From assembly GCA_964016885.1 (NCBI GenBank), contig OZ024745.1, positions 31,186,001-31,250,000 of the forward strand: a DNA stretch of 64,000 nt, written 5' to 3'. Of this stretch, positions 38,201 to 53,280 are shown piece by piece. The stretch is from Eledone cirrhosa. Its lineage: Eukaryota. The translations under genes and the position numbers were made by a program. Under the pieces are notes generated by a model. It was not told where the DNA came from. It was given only the letters and a program-made list of their open reading frames with translations, and made no database searches. The first letter of the stretch is position 1. Each line of letters opens with the position of its first letter.

Positions 38201-41200
38201 ACTATTGTAGTAGTACAGTGAGATGAGAGAAAGACTATTGTAATAATACACTAATATGAGGTAAAAACTACTGTAGTAGTACAGTGAGATGAGAGAAAGA
38301 CTACTGTAGTAGTATAGTGAGATGAGAGAAAAACTACTGTAGTAATACACTAATATGAGGTAAAAACTATTGTAGTAGTACAGTGAGATGAGAGAAAAAC
38401 TACTGTAATAGTACACTAATATGAGAGAAAGACTATTGTAGTAGTACACTAATATGAGGTAAAAACTATTGTAGTAGTACAGTGAGATGAGAGAAAAACT
38501 ATTGTAGTAATACACTAATATGAGGTAAAAACTATTGTAGTAGTACAGTGAGATGAGAGAAAAACTACTGTAATAGTAGAGTGAGATGCGAGAAAGACTA
38601 TTGTAGTAGTACAGTGAGATGAGAGAAAAACTACTGTAGTAATACACTAATATGAGGTAAAAACTATTGTAGTAGTATAGTGAGATGAGAGAAAAACTAC
38701 TGTAGTAATACACTAATACGAGGTAAAAACTACTGTAGTAGTACAGTGAGATGAGAGAAAGACTATTGTAGTAGTACAGTGAGATGAGAGAAAAACTACT
38801 GTAGTAATACACTAATATGAGGTAAAAACTATTGTAGTAGTACAGTGAGATGAGAGAAAGACTACTGTAGTAGTACAGTGAGATGAGAGAAAGACTACTG
38901 TAGTAGTACAGTGAGATGAGAGAAAGACTACTGTAGTAGTACAGTGTGATGAGAGAAAGACTACTGTAGTAATACACTAATATGAGGTAAAAACTATTGT
39001 AGTAGTACAGTGAGATGAGAGAAAGACTACTGTAGTAGTACAGTGAGATGAGAGAAAGACTACTGTAGTAGTACAGTGAGATGAGAGAAAGACTACTGTA
39101 GTAGTACAGTGAGATGAGAGAAAGACTACTGTAGTAGTACAGTGAGATGAGAGAAAGACTACTGTAGTAATACACTAATATGAGGTAAAAACTATTGTAG
39201 TAGTACAGTGAGATGAGAGAAAGACTACTGTAGTAGTACAGTGAGATGAGAGAAAGACTACTGTAGTAGTACAGTGAGATGAGAGAAAGACTACTGTAGT
39301 AGTACAGTGAGATGAGAGAAAGACTACTGTAGTAGTACAGTGAGATGAGAGAAAGACTATTGTAGTAGTATAGTGAGATGAGAGAAAGACTATTGTAGTA
39401 GTACACTAATATGAGGTAAAAACTATTGTAGTAGTATAGTGAGATGAGAGAAAAACTACTGTAGTAATACACTAATATGAGGTAAAAACTACTGTAGTAG
39501 TACAGTGAGATGAGAGAAAGACTATTGTAGTAGTACAGTGAGATGAGAGAAAAACTACTGTAGTAATAAACTAATATGAGGTAAAAACTACTGTAGTAGT
39601 ACAGTGAGATGAGAGAAAGACTACTGTAGTAGTATAGTGAGATGAGAGAAAAACTACTGTAGTAATACACTAATATGAGGTAAAAACTATTGTAGTAGTA
39701 CAGTGAGATGAGAGAAAAACTACTGTAATAGTACACTAATATGAGAGAAAGACTATTGTAGTAGTACACTAATATGAGGTAAAAACTATTGTAGTAGTAC
39801 AGTGAAATGAGAGAAAGACTATTGTAGTAGTACAGTGAGATGAGAGAAAAACTACTGTAGTAATACACTAATATGAGGTAAAAACTACTGTAGTAGTACA
39901 GTGAGATGAGAGAAAAACTACTGTAGTAATACACTAATATGAGGTAAAAACTACTGTAGTAGTACAGTGAGATGAGAGAAAGACTATTGTAGTAGTACAG
40001 TGAGATGAGAGAAAGACTATTGTAGTAGTACAGTGAGATGAGAGAAAGACTATTGTAGTAGTACAGTGAGATGAGAGAAAGACTATTGTAGTAGTACAGT
40101 GAGATGAGAGAAAAACTACTGTAGTAATACACTAATATGAGGTAAAAACTATTGTAGTAGTACAGTGAGATGAGAGAAAGACTATTGTAGTAGTACAGTG
40201 AGATGAGAGAAAAACTACTTTAGTAATACACTAATATGAGGTAAAAACTATTGTAGTAGTACAGTGAGATGAGAGAAAGACTATTGTAGTAGTACAGTGA
40301 GATGAGAGAAAAACTACTGTAGTAATACACTAATATGAGGTAAAAACTACTGTAGTAGTACAGTGAGATGAGAGAAAGACTATTGTAGTAGTACAGTGAG
40401 ATGAGAGAAAGACTATTGTAGTAGTACAGTGAGATGAGAGAAAGACTATTGTAGTAGTACAGTGAGATGAGAGAAAGACTATTGTAGTAGTACAGTGAGA
40501 TGAGAGAAAAACTACTGTAGTAATACACTAATATGAGGTAAAAACTATTGTAGTAGTACAGTGAGATGAGAAAAACTATTGTAGTAGTACACTAATATGA
40601 GGTAAAAACTATTGTAGTAGTACAGTGAGATGAGAGAAAAACTACTGTAGTAATACACTAATATGAGGTAAAAACTATTGTAGTAGTACAGTGAGATGAG
40701 AAAAACTATTGTAGTAGTACACTAATATGAGGTAAAAACTATTGTAGTAGTACAGTGAGATGAGAGAAAAACTACTGTAGTAATACACTAATATGAGGTA
40801 AAAACTATTGTAGTAGTACAGTGAGATGAGAGAAAGACTACTGTAGTAGTACAGTGAGATGAGAGAAAGACTATTGTAGTAGTACAGTGAGATGAGAGAA
40901 AGACTATTGTAGTAGTACAGTGAGATGAGAGAAAGACTATTGTAGTAGTACAGTGAGATGAGAGAAAGACTATTGTAGTAGTACAGTGAGATGACAGAAA
41001 AACTACTGTAATATTAGAGTGAGATGAGAGAAAGACTATTGTAGTAGTACAGTGAGATGAGAGAAAGACTATTGTAGTAGTACAGTGAGATGAGAGAAAG
41101 ACTATTGTAGTAGTACAGTGAGATGAGAGAAAAACTACTGTAGTAGTACAGTGAGATGAGAGAAAGACTATTGTAGTAGTACAGTGAGATGAGAGAAAGA

Positions 41201-44200
41201 CTACTGTAGTAGTACAGTGAGATGAGAGAAAGACTATTGTAGTAGTACAGTGAGATGAGAGAAAGACTATTGTAGTAGTACAGTGAGATGAGAGAAAGAC
41301 TATTGTAGTAGTACAGTGAGATGAGAGAAAGACTACTGTAGTAATACACTAATATGAGGTAAAAACTATTGTAGTAGTACAGTGAGATGAGAGAAAGACT
41401 ACTGTAGTAATACACTAATATGAGGTAAAAACTATTGTAGTAGTACAGTGAGATGAGAGAAAGACTACTGTAGTAGTACAGTGAGATGAGAGAAAAACTA
41501 TTGTAGTAGTACAGTGAGATGAGAGAAAGACTACTGTAGTAGTACAGTGAGATGAGAGAAAAACTATTGTAGTAGTACAGTGAGATGAGAGAATGACTAT
41601 TGTAGTAGTACAGTGAGATGAGAGAAAGACTACTGTAGCAGTACAGTGAGATGAGAGAAAGACTACTGTAGTAGTACAGTGAGATGAGAGAAAGACTACT
41701 GTAGTAGTACAGTGAGATGAGAGAAAGACTATTGTAGTAGTACACTAATATGAGGTAAAAACTACTGTAGTAGTACAGTGAGATGAGAGAAAGACTATTG
41801 TAGTAGTACAGTGAGATGAGAGAAAGACTATTGTAGTAGTATAGTGAGATGAGAGAAAGACTATTGTAGTAATACACTAATATGAGGTAAAAACTACTGT
41901 AGTAGTACAGTGAGATGAGAGAAAGACTATTGTAGTAATACACTAATATGAGGTAAAAACTACTGTAGTAGTACAGTGAGATGAGAGAAAGACTATTGTA
42001 GTAGTACAGTGAGATGAGAGAAAAACTACTGTAGTAATACACTAATATGAGGTAAAAACTACTGTAGTAGTACAGTGAGATGAGAGAAAAACTACTGTAG
42101 TAATTTACTAATATGAGGTAAAAACTACTGTAGTAGTACAGTGAGATGAGAGAAAGACTATTGTAGTAGTACAGTGAGATGAGAGAAAGACTATTGTAAT
42201 AATACACTAATATGAGGTAAAAACTACTGTAGTAGTACAGTGAGATGAGAGAAAGACTACTGTAGTAGTATAGTGAGATGAGAGAAAAACTACTGTAGTA
42301 ATACACTAATATGAGGTAAAAACTATTGTAGTAGTACAGTGAGATGAGAGAAAAACTACTGTAATAGTACACTAATATGAGAGAAAGACTATTGTAGTAG
42401 TACACTAATATGAGGTAAAAACTATTGTAGTAGTACAGTGAGATGAGAGAAAAACTATTGTAGTAATACACTAATATGAGGTAAAAACTATTGTAGTAGT
42501 ACAGTGAGATGAGAGAAAAACTACTGTAATAGTAGAGTGAGATGCGAGAAAGACTATTGTAGTAGTACAGTGAGATGAGAGAAAAACTACTGTAGTAATA
42601 CACTAATATGAGGTAAAAACTATTGTAGTAGTATAGTGAGATGAGAGAAAAACTACTGTAGTAATACACTAATACGAGGTAAAAACTACTGTAGTAGTAC
42701 AGTGAGATGAGAGAAAGACTATTGTAGTAGTACAGTGAGATGAGAGAAAAACTACTGTAGTAATACACTAATATGAGGTAAAAACTATTGTAGTAGTACA
42801 GTGAGATGAGAGAAAGACTACTGTAGTAGTACAGTGAGATGAGAGAAAGACTACTGTAGTAGTACAGTGAGATGAGAGAAAGACTACTGTAGTAGTACAG
42901 TGTGATGAGAGAAAGACTACTGTAGTAATACACTAATATGAGGTAAAAACTATTGTAGTAGTACAGTGAGATGAGAGAAAGACTACTGTAGTAGTACAGT
43001 GAGATGAGAGAAAGACTACTGTAGTAGTACAGTGAGATGAGAGAAAGACTACTGTAGTAGTACAGTGAGATGAGAGAAAGACTACTGTAGTAGTACAGTG
43101 AGATGAGAGAAAGACTACTGTAGTAATACACTAATATGAGGTAAAAACTATTGTAGTAGTACAGTGAGATGAGAGAAAGACTACTGTAGTAGTACAGTGA
43201 GATGAGAGAAAGACTACTGTAGTAGTACAGTGAGATGAGAGAAAGACTACTGTAGTAGTACAGTGAGATGAGAGAAAGACTACTGTAGTAGTACAGTGAG
43301 ATGAGAGAAAGACTATTGTAGTAGTATAGTGAGATGAGAGAAAGACTATTGTAGTAGTACACTAATATGAGGTAAAAACTATTGTAGTAGTATAGTGAGA
43401 TGAGAGAAAAACTACTGTAGTAATACACTAATATGAGGTAAAAACTACTGTAGTAGTACAGTGAGATGAGAGAAAGACTATTGTAGTAGTACAGTGAGAT
43501 GAGAGAAAAACTACTGTTGTAATAAACTAATATGAGGTAAAAACTACTGTAGTAGTACAGTGAGATGAGAGAAAGACTACTGTAGTAGTATAGTGAGATG
43601 AGAGAAAAACTACTGTAGTAATACACTAATATGAGGTAAAAACTATTGTAGTAGTACAGTGAGATGAGAGAAAAACTACTGTAATAGTACACTAATATGA
43701 GAGAAAGACTATTGTAGTAGTACACTAATATGAGGTAAAAACTATTGTAGTAGTACAGTGAAATGAGAGAAAGACTATTGTAGTAGTACAGTGAGATGAG
43801 AGAAAAACTACTGTAGTAATACACTAATATGAGGTAAAAACTACTGTAGTAGTACAGTGAGATGAGAGAAAAACTACTGTAGTAATACACTAATATGAGG
43901 TAAAAACTACTGTAGTAGTACAGTGAGATGAGAGAAAGACTATTGTAGTAGTACAGTGAGATGAGAGAAAGACTATTGTAGTAGTACAGTGAGATGAGAG
44001 AAAGACTATTGTAGTAGTACAGTGAGATGAGAGAAAGACTACTGTAGTAGTACAGTGAGATGAGAGAAAGACTACTGTAGTAGTACAGTGAGATGAGAGA
44101 AAGACTATTGTAGTAGTATAGTGAGATGAGAGAAAGACTATTGTAGTAGTACACTAATATGAGGTAAAAACTATTGTAGTAGTATAGTGAGATGAGAGAA

Positions 44201-47200
44201 AAACTACTGTAGTAATACACTAATATGAGGTAAAAACTACTGTAGTAGTACAGTGAGATGAGAGAAAAACTACTGTAGTAATACACTAATATGAGGTAAA
44301 AACTACTGTAGTAGTACAGTGAGATGAGAGAAAAACTACTGTAGTAATACACTAATATGAGGTAAAAACTATTGTAGTAGTACAGTGAGATGAGAGAAAG
44401 ACTATTGTAGTAGTACAGTGAGATGAGAGAAAAACTACTTTAGTAATACACTAATATGAGGTAAAAACTATTGTAGTAGTACAGTGAGATGAGAGAAAGA
44501 CTATTGTAGTAGTACAGTGAGATGAGAGAAAAACTACTGTAGTAATACACTAATATGAGGTAAAAACTACTGTAGTAGTACAGTGAGATGAGAGAAAGAC
44601 TATTGTAGTAGTACAGTGAGATGAGAGAAAGACTATTGTAGTAGTACAGTGAGATGAGAGAAAGACTATTGTAGTAGTACAGTGAGATGAGAGAAAGACT
44701 ATTGTAGTAGTACAGTGAGATGAGAGAAAAACTACTGTAGTAATACACTAATATGAGGTAAAAACTATTGTAGTAGTACAGTGAGATGAGAAAAACTATT
44801 GTAGTAGTACACTAATATGAGGTAAAAACTATTGTAGTAGTACAGTGAGATGAGAGAAAAACTACTGTAGTAATACACTAATATGAGGTAAAAACTATTG
44901 TAGTAGTACAGTGAGATGAGAAAAACTATTGTAGTAGTACACTAATATGAGGTAAAAACTATTGTAGTAGTACAGTGAGATGAGAGAAAAACTACTGTAG
45001 TAATACACTAATATGAGGTAAAAACTATTGTAGTAGTACAGTGAGATGAGAGAAAGACTACTGTAGTAGTACAGTGAGATGAGAGAAAGACTATTGTAGT
45101 AGTACAGTGAGATGAGAGAAAGACTATTGTAGTAGTACAGTGAGATGAGAGAAAGACTATTGTAGTAGTACAGTGAGATGAGAGAAAGACTATTGTAGTA
45201 GTACAGTGAGATGACAGAAAAACTACTGTAATATTAGAGTGAGATGAGAGAAAGACTATTGTAGTAGTACAGTGAGATGAGAGAAAGACTATTGTAGTAG
45301 TACAGTGAGATGAGAGAAAGACTATTGTAGTAGTACAGTGAGATGAGAGAAAAACTACTGTAGTAGTACAGTGAGATGAGAGAAAGACTATTGTAGTAGT
45401 ACAGTGAGATGAGAGAAAGACTACTGTAGTAGTACAGTGAGATGAGAGAAAGACTATTGTAGTAGTACAGTGAGATGAGAGAAAGACTATTGTAGTAGTA
45501 CAGTGAGATGAGAGAAAGACTATTGTAGTAGTACAGTGAGATGAGAGAAAGACTACTGTAGTAATACACTAATATGAGGTAAAAACTATTGTAGTAGTAC
45601 AGTGAGATGAGAGAAAGACTACTGTAGTAATACACTAATATGAGGTAAAAACTATTGTAGTAGTACAGTGAGATGAGAGAAAGACTACTGTAGTAGTACA
45701 GTGAGATGAGAGAAAAACTATTGTAGTAGTACAGTGAGATGAGAGAAAGACTACTGTAGTAGTACAGTGAGATGAGAGAAAAACTATTGTAGTAGTACAG
45801 TGAGATGAGAGAATGACTATTGTAGTAGTACAGTGAGATGAGAGAAAGACTACTGTAGCAGTACAGTGAGATGAGAGAAAGACTACTGTAGTAGTACAGT
45901 GAGATGAGAGAAAGACTACTGTAGTAGTACAGTGAGATGAGAGAAAGACTATTGTAGTAGTACAGTGAGATGAGAGAAAGACTATTGTAGTAGTACAGTG
46001 AGATGAGAGAATGACTATTGTAGTAGTATAGTGAGATGAGAGAAAGACTATTGTAGTAGTACACTAATATGAGGTAAAAACTACTGTAGTAGTACAGTGA
46101 GATGAGAGAAAGACTATTGTAGTAGTACAGTGAGATGAGAGAAAGACTATTGTAGTAGTATAGTGAGATGAGAGAAAGACTATTGTAGTAATACACTAAT
46201 ATGAGGTAAAAACTACTGTAGTAGTACAGTGAGATGAGAGAAAGACTATTGTAGTAATACACTAATATGAGGTAAAAACTACTGTAGTAGTACAGTGAGA
46301 TGAGAGAAAGACTATTGTAGTAGTACAGTGAGATGAGAGAAAAACTACTGTAGTAATACACTAATATGAGGTAAAAACTACTGTAGTAGTACAGTGAGAT
46401 GAGAGAAAAACTACTGTAGTAATTTACTAATATGAGGTAAAAACTACTGTAGTAGTACAGTGAGATGAGAGAAAGACTATTGTAGTAGTACAGTGAGATG
46501 AGAGAAAGACTATTGTAATAATACACTAATATGAGGTAAAAACTACTGTAGTAGTACAGTGAGATGAGAGAAAGACTACTGTAGTAGTATAGTGAGATGA
46601 GAGAAAAACTACTGTAGTAATACACTAATATGAGGTAAAAACTATTGTAGTAGTACAGTGAGATGAGAGAAAAACTACTGTAATAGTACACTAATATGAG
46701 AGAAAGACTATTGTAGTAGTACACTAATATGAGGTAAAAACTATTGTAGTAGTACAGTGAGATGAGAGAAAAACTATTGTAGTAATACACTAATATGAGG
46801 TAAAAACTATTGTAGTAGTACAGTGAGATGAGAGAAAAACTACTGTAATAGTAGAGTGAGATGCGAGAAAGACTATTGTAGTAGTACAGTGAGATGAGAG
46901 AAAAACTACTGTAGTAATACACTAATATGAGGTAAAAACTATTGTAGTAGTATAGTGAGATGAGAGAAAAACTACTGTAGTAATACACTAATACGAGGTA
47001 AAAACTACTGTAGTAGTACAGTGAGATGAGAGAAAGACTATTGTAGTAGTACAGTGAGATGAGAGAAAAACTACTGTAGTAATACACTAATATGAGGTAA
47101 AAACTATTGTAGTAGTACAGTGAGATGAGAGAAAGACTACTGTAGTAGTACAGTGAGATGAGAGAAAGACTACTGTAGTAGTACAGTGAGATGAGAGAAA

Positions 47201-50200
47201 GACTACTGTAGTAGTACAGTGTGATGAGAGAAAGACTACTGTAGTAATACACTAATATGAGGTAAAAACTATTGTAGTAGTACAGTGAGATGAGAGAAAG
47301 ACTACTGTAGTAGTACAGTGAGATGAGAGAAAGACTACTGTAGTAGTACAGTGAGATGAGAGAAAGACTACTGTAGTAGTACAGTGAGATGAGAGAAAGA
47401 CTACTGTAGTAGTACAGTGAGATGAGAGAAAGACTACTGTAGTAATACACTAATATGAGGTAAAAACTATTGTAGTAGTACAGTGAGATGAGAGAAAGAC
47501 TACTGTAGTAGTACAGTGAGATGAGAGAAAGACTACTGTAGTAGTACAGTGAGATGAGAGAAAGACTACTGTAGTAGTACAGTGAGATGAGAGAAAGACT
47601 ACTGTAGTAGTACAGTGAGATGAGAGAAAGACTATTGTAGTAGTATAGTGAGATGAGAGAAAGACTATTGTAGTAGTACACTAATATGAGGTAAAAACTA
47701 TTGTAGTAGTATAGTGAGATGAGAGAAAAACTACTGTAGTAATACACTAATATGAGGTAAAAACTACTGTAGTAGTACAGTGAGATGAGAGAAAGACTAT
47801 TGTAGTAGTACAGTGAGATGAGAGAAAAACTACTGTAGTAATAAACTAATATGAGGTAAAAACTACTGTAGTAGTACAGTGAGATGAGAGAAAGACTACT
47901 GTAGTAGTATAGTGAGATGAGAGAAAAACTACTGTAGTAATACACTAATATGAGGTAAAAACTATTGTAGTAGTACAGTGAGATGAGAGAAAAACTACTG
48001 TAATAGTACACTAATATGAGAGAAAGACTATTGTAGTAGTACACTAATATGAGGTAAAAACTATTGTAGTAGTACAGTGAAATGAGAGAAAGACTATTGT
48101 AGTAGTACAGTGAGATGAGAGAAAAACTACTGTAGTAATACACTAATATGAGGTAAAAACTACTGTAGTAGTACAGTGAGATGAGAGAAAAACTACTGTA
48201 GTAATACACTAATATGAGGTAAAAACTACTGTAGTAGTACAGTGAGATGAGAGAAAGACTATTGTAGTAGTACAGTGAGATGAGAGAAAGACTATTGTAG
48301 TAGTACAGTGAGATGAGAGAAAGACTATTGTAGTAGTACAGTGAGATGAGAGAAAGACTATTGTAGTAGTACAGTGAGATGAGAGAAAAACTACTGTAGT
48401 AATACACTAATATGAGGTAAAAACTATTGTAGTAGTACAGTGAGATGAGAGAAAGACTATTGTAGTAGTACAGTGAGATGAGAGAAAAACTACTTTAGTA
48501 ATACACTAATATGAGGTAAAAACTATTGTAGTAGTACAGTGAGATGAGAGAAAGACTATTGTAGTAGTACAGTGAGATGAGAGAAAAACTACTGTAGTAA
48601 TACACTAATATGAGGTAAAAACTACTGTAGTAGTACAGTGAGATGAGAGAAAGACTATTGTAGTAGTACAGTGAGATGAGAGAAAGACTATTGTAGTAGT
48701 ACAGTGAGATGAGAGAAAGACTATTGTAGTAGTACAGTGAGATGAGAGAAAGACTATTGTAGTAGTACAGTGAGATGAGAGAAAAACTACTGTAGTAATA
48801 CACTAATATGAGGTAAAAACTATTGTAGTAGTACAGTGAGATGAGAAAAACTATTGTAGTAGTACACTAATATGAGGTAAAAACTATTGTAGTAGTACAG
48901 TGAGATGAGAGAAAAACTACTGTAGTAATACACTAATATGAGGTAAAAACTATTGTAGTAGTACAGTGAGATGAGAAAAACTATTGTAGTAGTACACTAA
49001 TATGAGGTAAAAACTATTGTAGTAGTACAGTGAGATGAGAGAAAAACTACTGTAGTAATACACTAATATGAGGTAAAAACTATTGTAGTAGTACAGTGAG
49101 ATGAGAGAAAGACTACTGTAGTAGTACAGTGAGATGAGAGAAAGACTATTGTAGTAGTACAGTGAGATGAGAGAAAGACTATTGTAGTAGTACAGTGAGA
49201 TGAGAGAAAGACTATTGTAGTAGTACAGTGAGATGAGAGAAAGACTATTGTAGTAGTACAGTGAGATGACAGAAAAACTACTGTAATATTAGAGTGAGAT
49301 GAGAGAAAGACTATTGTAGTAGTACAGTGAGATGAGAGAAAGACTATTGTAGTAGTACAGTGAGATGAGAGAAAGACTATTGTAGTAGTACAGTGAGATG
49401 AGAGAAAAACTACTGTAGTAGTACAGTGAGATGAGAGAAAGACTATTGTAGTAGTACAGTGAGATGAGAGAAAGACTACTGTAGTAGTACAGTGAGATGA
49501 GAGAAAGACTATTGTAGTAGTACAGTGAGATGAGAGAAAGACTATTGTAGTAGTACAGTGAGATGAGAGAAAGACTACTGTAGTAATACACTAATATGAG
49601 GTAAAAACTATTGTAGTAGTACAGTGAGATGAGAGAAAGACTACTGTAGTAATACACTAATATGAGGTAAAAACTATTGTAGTAGTACAGTGAGATGAGA
49701 GAAAGACTACTGTAGTAGTACAGTGAGATGAGAGAAAAACTATTGTAGTAGTACAGTGAGATGAGAGAAAGACTACTGTAGTAGTACAGTGAGATGAGAG
49801 AAAAACTATTGTAGTAGTACAGTGAGATGAGAGAATGACTATTGTAGTAGTACAGTGAGATGAGAGAAAGACTACTGTAGCAGTACAGTGAGATGAGAGA
49901 AAGACTACTGTAGTAGTACAGTGAGATGAGAGAAAGACTACTGTAGTAGTACAGTGAGATGAGAGAAAGACTATTGTAGTAGTACAGTGAGATGAGAGAA
50001 AGACTATTGTAGTAGTACAGTGAGATGAGAGAATGACTATTGTAGTAGTATAGTGAGATGAGAGAAAGACTATTGTAGTAGTACACTAATATGAGGTAAA
50101 AACTACTGTAGTAGTACAGTGAGATGAGAGAAAGACTATTGTAGTAGTACAGTGAGATGAGAGAAAAACTACTGTAGTAGTACACTAATATGAGGTAAAA

Positions 50201-51123
50201 ACTACTGTAGTAGTATAGTGAGATGAGAGAAAGACTATTGTAGTAGTACAGTGAGATGAGAGAATGACTATTGTAGTAGTATAGTGAGATGAGAGAAAGA
50301 CTATTGTAGTAATACACTAATATGAGGTAAAAACTACTGTAGTAGTACACTAATATGAGGTAAAAACTACTGTAGTAGTATAGTGAGATGAGAGAAAGAC
50401 TATTGTAGTAGTACAGTGAGATGAGAGAAAGACTATTGTAGTAGTACAGTGAGATGAGAGAAAAACTACTGTAATAGTACACTAATATGAGAGAAAGACT
50501 ACTGTAGTAGTACTGTGAGATGAGAGAAAGACTATTGTAGTAGTACAGTGAGATGAGAGAAAGACTATTGTAGTAGTATAGTGAGATGAGAGAAAGACTA
50601 TTGTAGTAGTACAGTGAGATGAGAGAAAGACTATTGTAGTAGTACAGTGAGATGAGAGAAAAACTACTGTAGTAGTACAGTGAGATGAGAGAAAGACTAT
50701 TGTAGTAGTACAGTGAGATGAGAGAAAAACTACTGTAGTAGTACAGTGAGATGAGAGAAAGACTATTGTAGTAGTACAGTGAGATGAGAGAAAGACTATT
50801 GTAGTAGTACAGTGAGATGAGAGAAAAACTACTGTAGTAGTACAGTGAGATGAGAGAAAGACTATTGTAGTAGTACAGTGAGATGAGAGAAAAACTACTG
50901 TAGTAGTACAGTGAGATGAGAGAAAAACTACTGTAGTAATAAACTAATATGAGGTAAAAACTACTGTAGTAGTACAGTGAGATGAGAGAAAGACTATTGT
51001 AGTAGTACAGTGAGATGAGAGAAAAACTACTGTAGTAGTACAGTGAGATGAGAGAAAGACTACTGTAGTAGTACAGTGAGATGAGAGAAAGACTATTGTA
51101 GTAGTACAGTGAGATGAGAGAAA
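29253..51123. repeat. 33-bp satellite array, about 660 monomers, with higher-order repeats
   Basis: Monomer A gagatgagagaaagacta(c/t)tgtagtagtacagt is interspersed with variant B containing cactaatatgaggtaaaaact. Confidence 0.99.
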
Positions 51124-52239
51124 TTGAATTCACTAAACTACTTCTCTTCAAAAGCTGTCCTGTTTCTAAATCAAAAGAAATATATATTGATTAATGTAAA
51201 TAATAAAGCAAGGTTACTAAGAGAAACTGTAGAGTATTATGAGGTGAACAATCAACATTCCAGTCTGTAACGTTATTTTAATCAATGAAATTGTATATCA
51301 TACAACATTTCAATCTCTTCACTGACTCCACTAATGGGAGACATGTTCAAGAGCCCTTAATTTTATTATTGAATGCCTTACTTCCAGTTCTTAACTCTAC
51401 ATAGACCCAAAGGTGTGTTGCTGAAGATGCGGGGGTGTACAGCTGCACCCCCATCCACCCCCAAATGTTCTGTTCAAAAATTTAGTCATTTTTGTCAGAA
51501 AATTTAGTTGGAAAATTATGAGCATCAGCACCCACCAAAATGATGGGAGCAATACACTTATGCTGAGTCCCTCATCAATTTTAGTATCATGCCCTAAATC
51601 TTTATTGTAAATACAATGTATTCCTATTTCCTTTCACTGACAGTTTGTAAATATAAAACCACTATCTCAAGACTTTTAGTAATTCTGAGATGTTTATGAA
51701 AACCCATAAATTTACTTTTTTCTTCTTATCACTTTGATAGGGGCACTTAAATTGTTTATCAGCCAAAGGTAGTATTTTAAAGAAAACTGGAAAATCTCAG
51801 ATCAAATCAGAGATAATGAGCATATACATTATATCCTCCCAAGTAAAAAATATATATATTAAGAAAATATATAAAAAAAACCAGGAAAGCTAGATTTGTA
51901 GTAGAGTGTTATAGCATGTAACACTATATTACTAAAACTTATTTTAAAAACTGTATAAATACAAAGAACTGAACTAGCTGCAGTAAGGTAGCAAATCTCT
52001 TGATCTACTATTTATTTGTAAAGAAATATTAGAAAATACTAAAAGATAAAACACACTCTGGATAAGTGTCTATCTCTAAATAATAAGTGTCTATCTCTAA
52101 ATAATAAGAATCATAGACTCAAATTTCTAGGCTATGTATCTCATATATTAGTTAACTGTTTTAGTTAATCAGGCAGTAAGAAAAATGTAATTCTCATTGA
52201 ATATTGTAGTTTCATTGTCAAGAGCTCCAGGAATAAGAG

Positions 52240-52606
52240 ACATAAAATGGTGAGATTTAGCAGAAAACGTTACTCGATAAAGTCCCTAACTCGGAGATCA
52301 GAGAGTCACTCCAGGTAGAGTTGCTACTTCTCCGAATAGAGAGATCCCAGCTCCAATACTATGGGCATGTGGTTAGAATGTCTCAGGAAAGAATCGCTGG
52401 ACAGATTTTACTGGCAAAACCAACCGGCAGGAGACCCAGTAGTAGACCCTGAGCAAGATGGTTGGATAACATCCATGAGCTTGGCTGGTCTCACTTGGGG
52501 ATCCAGCCAGATCAATAGGTGATGGTTGCTTTTGATAGGACCCACTGGAAGGAGTGTTTGAGGACTCTCCCCCCATGACCCTCTCAGGAATAAGTGGCCG
52601 AACAAG
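52240..52606 (-). mobile_element. Decayed RTE-type LINE 3' end (second family)
   Basis: Homologous to 58995-59340. Encodes a GHV.RM..ER-type C-terminal motif (gggcatgtggttagaatgtctcaggaaaga) in the orientation opposite to that copy. Strand call is tentative. Confidence 0.55.
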
Positions 52607-53280
52607 AAGAAGATATTTAAAAACTGCTTTGTTAATTCAAATGTTTAATGTATCTTCATTATTGGACAGAAAATTGCTGTAAAAATTTGCAGTGTTAGAG
52701 TAAAAACTTTAACGTTTAAAGTGATGCAGACATGGTGCTGTTTTATACTTTTCAAGAATGTTTTGCTAATATAGTGTCATGTAGTAGATGATGTTAACAG
52801 TTAAACTAATAGATCAAGTTTAAAAAAAGTAACTGAGACTTTCAGCAAAATTAGTTCAAATTAGTGTTAACATTGTTGTCTGTACCAAGTTACAGAACTA
52901 CAGATGCCAGATTTCTTGTGTGAGGCTTGTAAAAGTTCTTAGCTAAGAATAAGCTACTTTACATGCTTTTCTGATAGAGGTCTTTAGCAGGATACCACAT
53001 TCAGTAGTCAACAGGGGGCCAAGGAATTTAGCTGCAGATGAATTGCTCATGGAAGTTGGGTAAGATATGTTAACAAGGTTAGAGTTAGCAACAAGTTCAG
53101 TGAAGGACATAGTGTACAGGTAGGTATCCACTAAGGTTCTGTCCACAGAGTCTTTTAGATTTATAACAGGACTTCAGAACAAGTTGTTCTTAGAATATTT
53201 TATCTGGCTCTCATAGTTGAATCCATTGAATGATACACCAAGAAAGTAAGTAAACATAACAAGTAGAGAATGATAATAAT

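Noticed and set aside
13771-51123. CRISPR-like arrays (30-40 bp periodicity)
   Set aside because: Units are head-to-tail with no unique spacers, there are no cas genes, and the context is eukaryotic.
29672-51151. Giant ORFs (3486, 1112, 1057, 620 aa) of SLISLYYY repeats
   Set aside because: These result from a 33-bp unit lacking stops in one frame. Stops and frameshifts recur with the HOR period, and there is no unique domain or credible start.
51411-51564. Possible small TIR element (aggtgtgttgct...agcaatacactt)
   Set aside because: The inverted repeat is short and imperfect, with no clear TSD and no second copy in the window.
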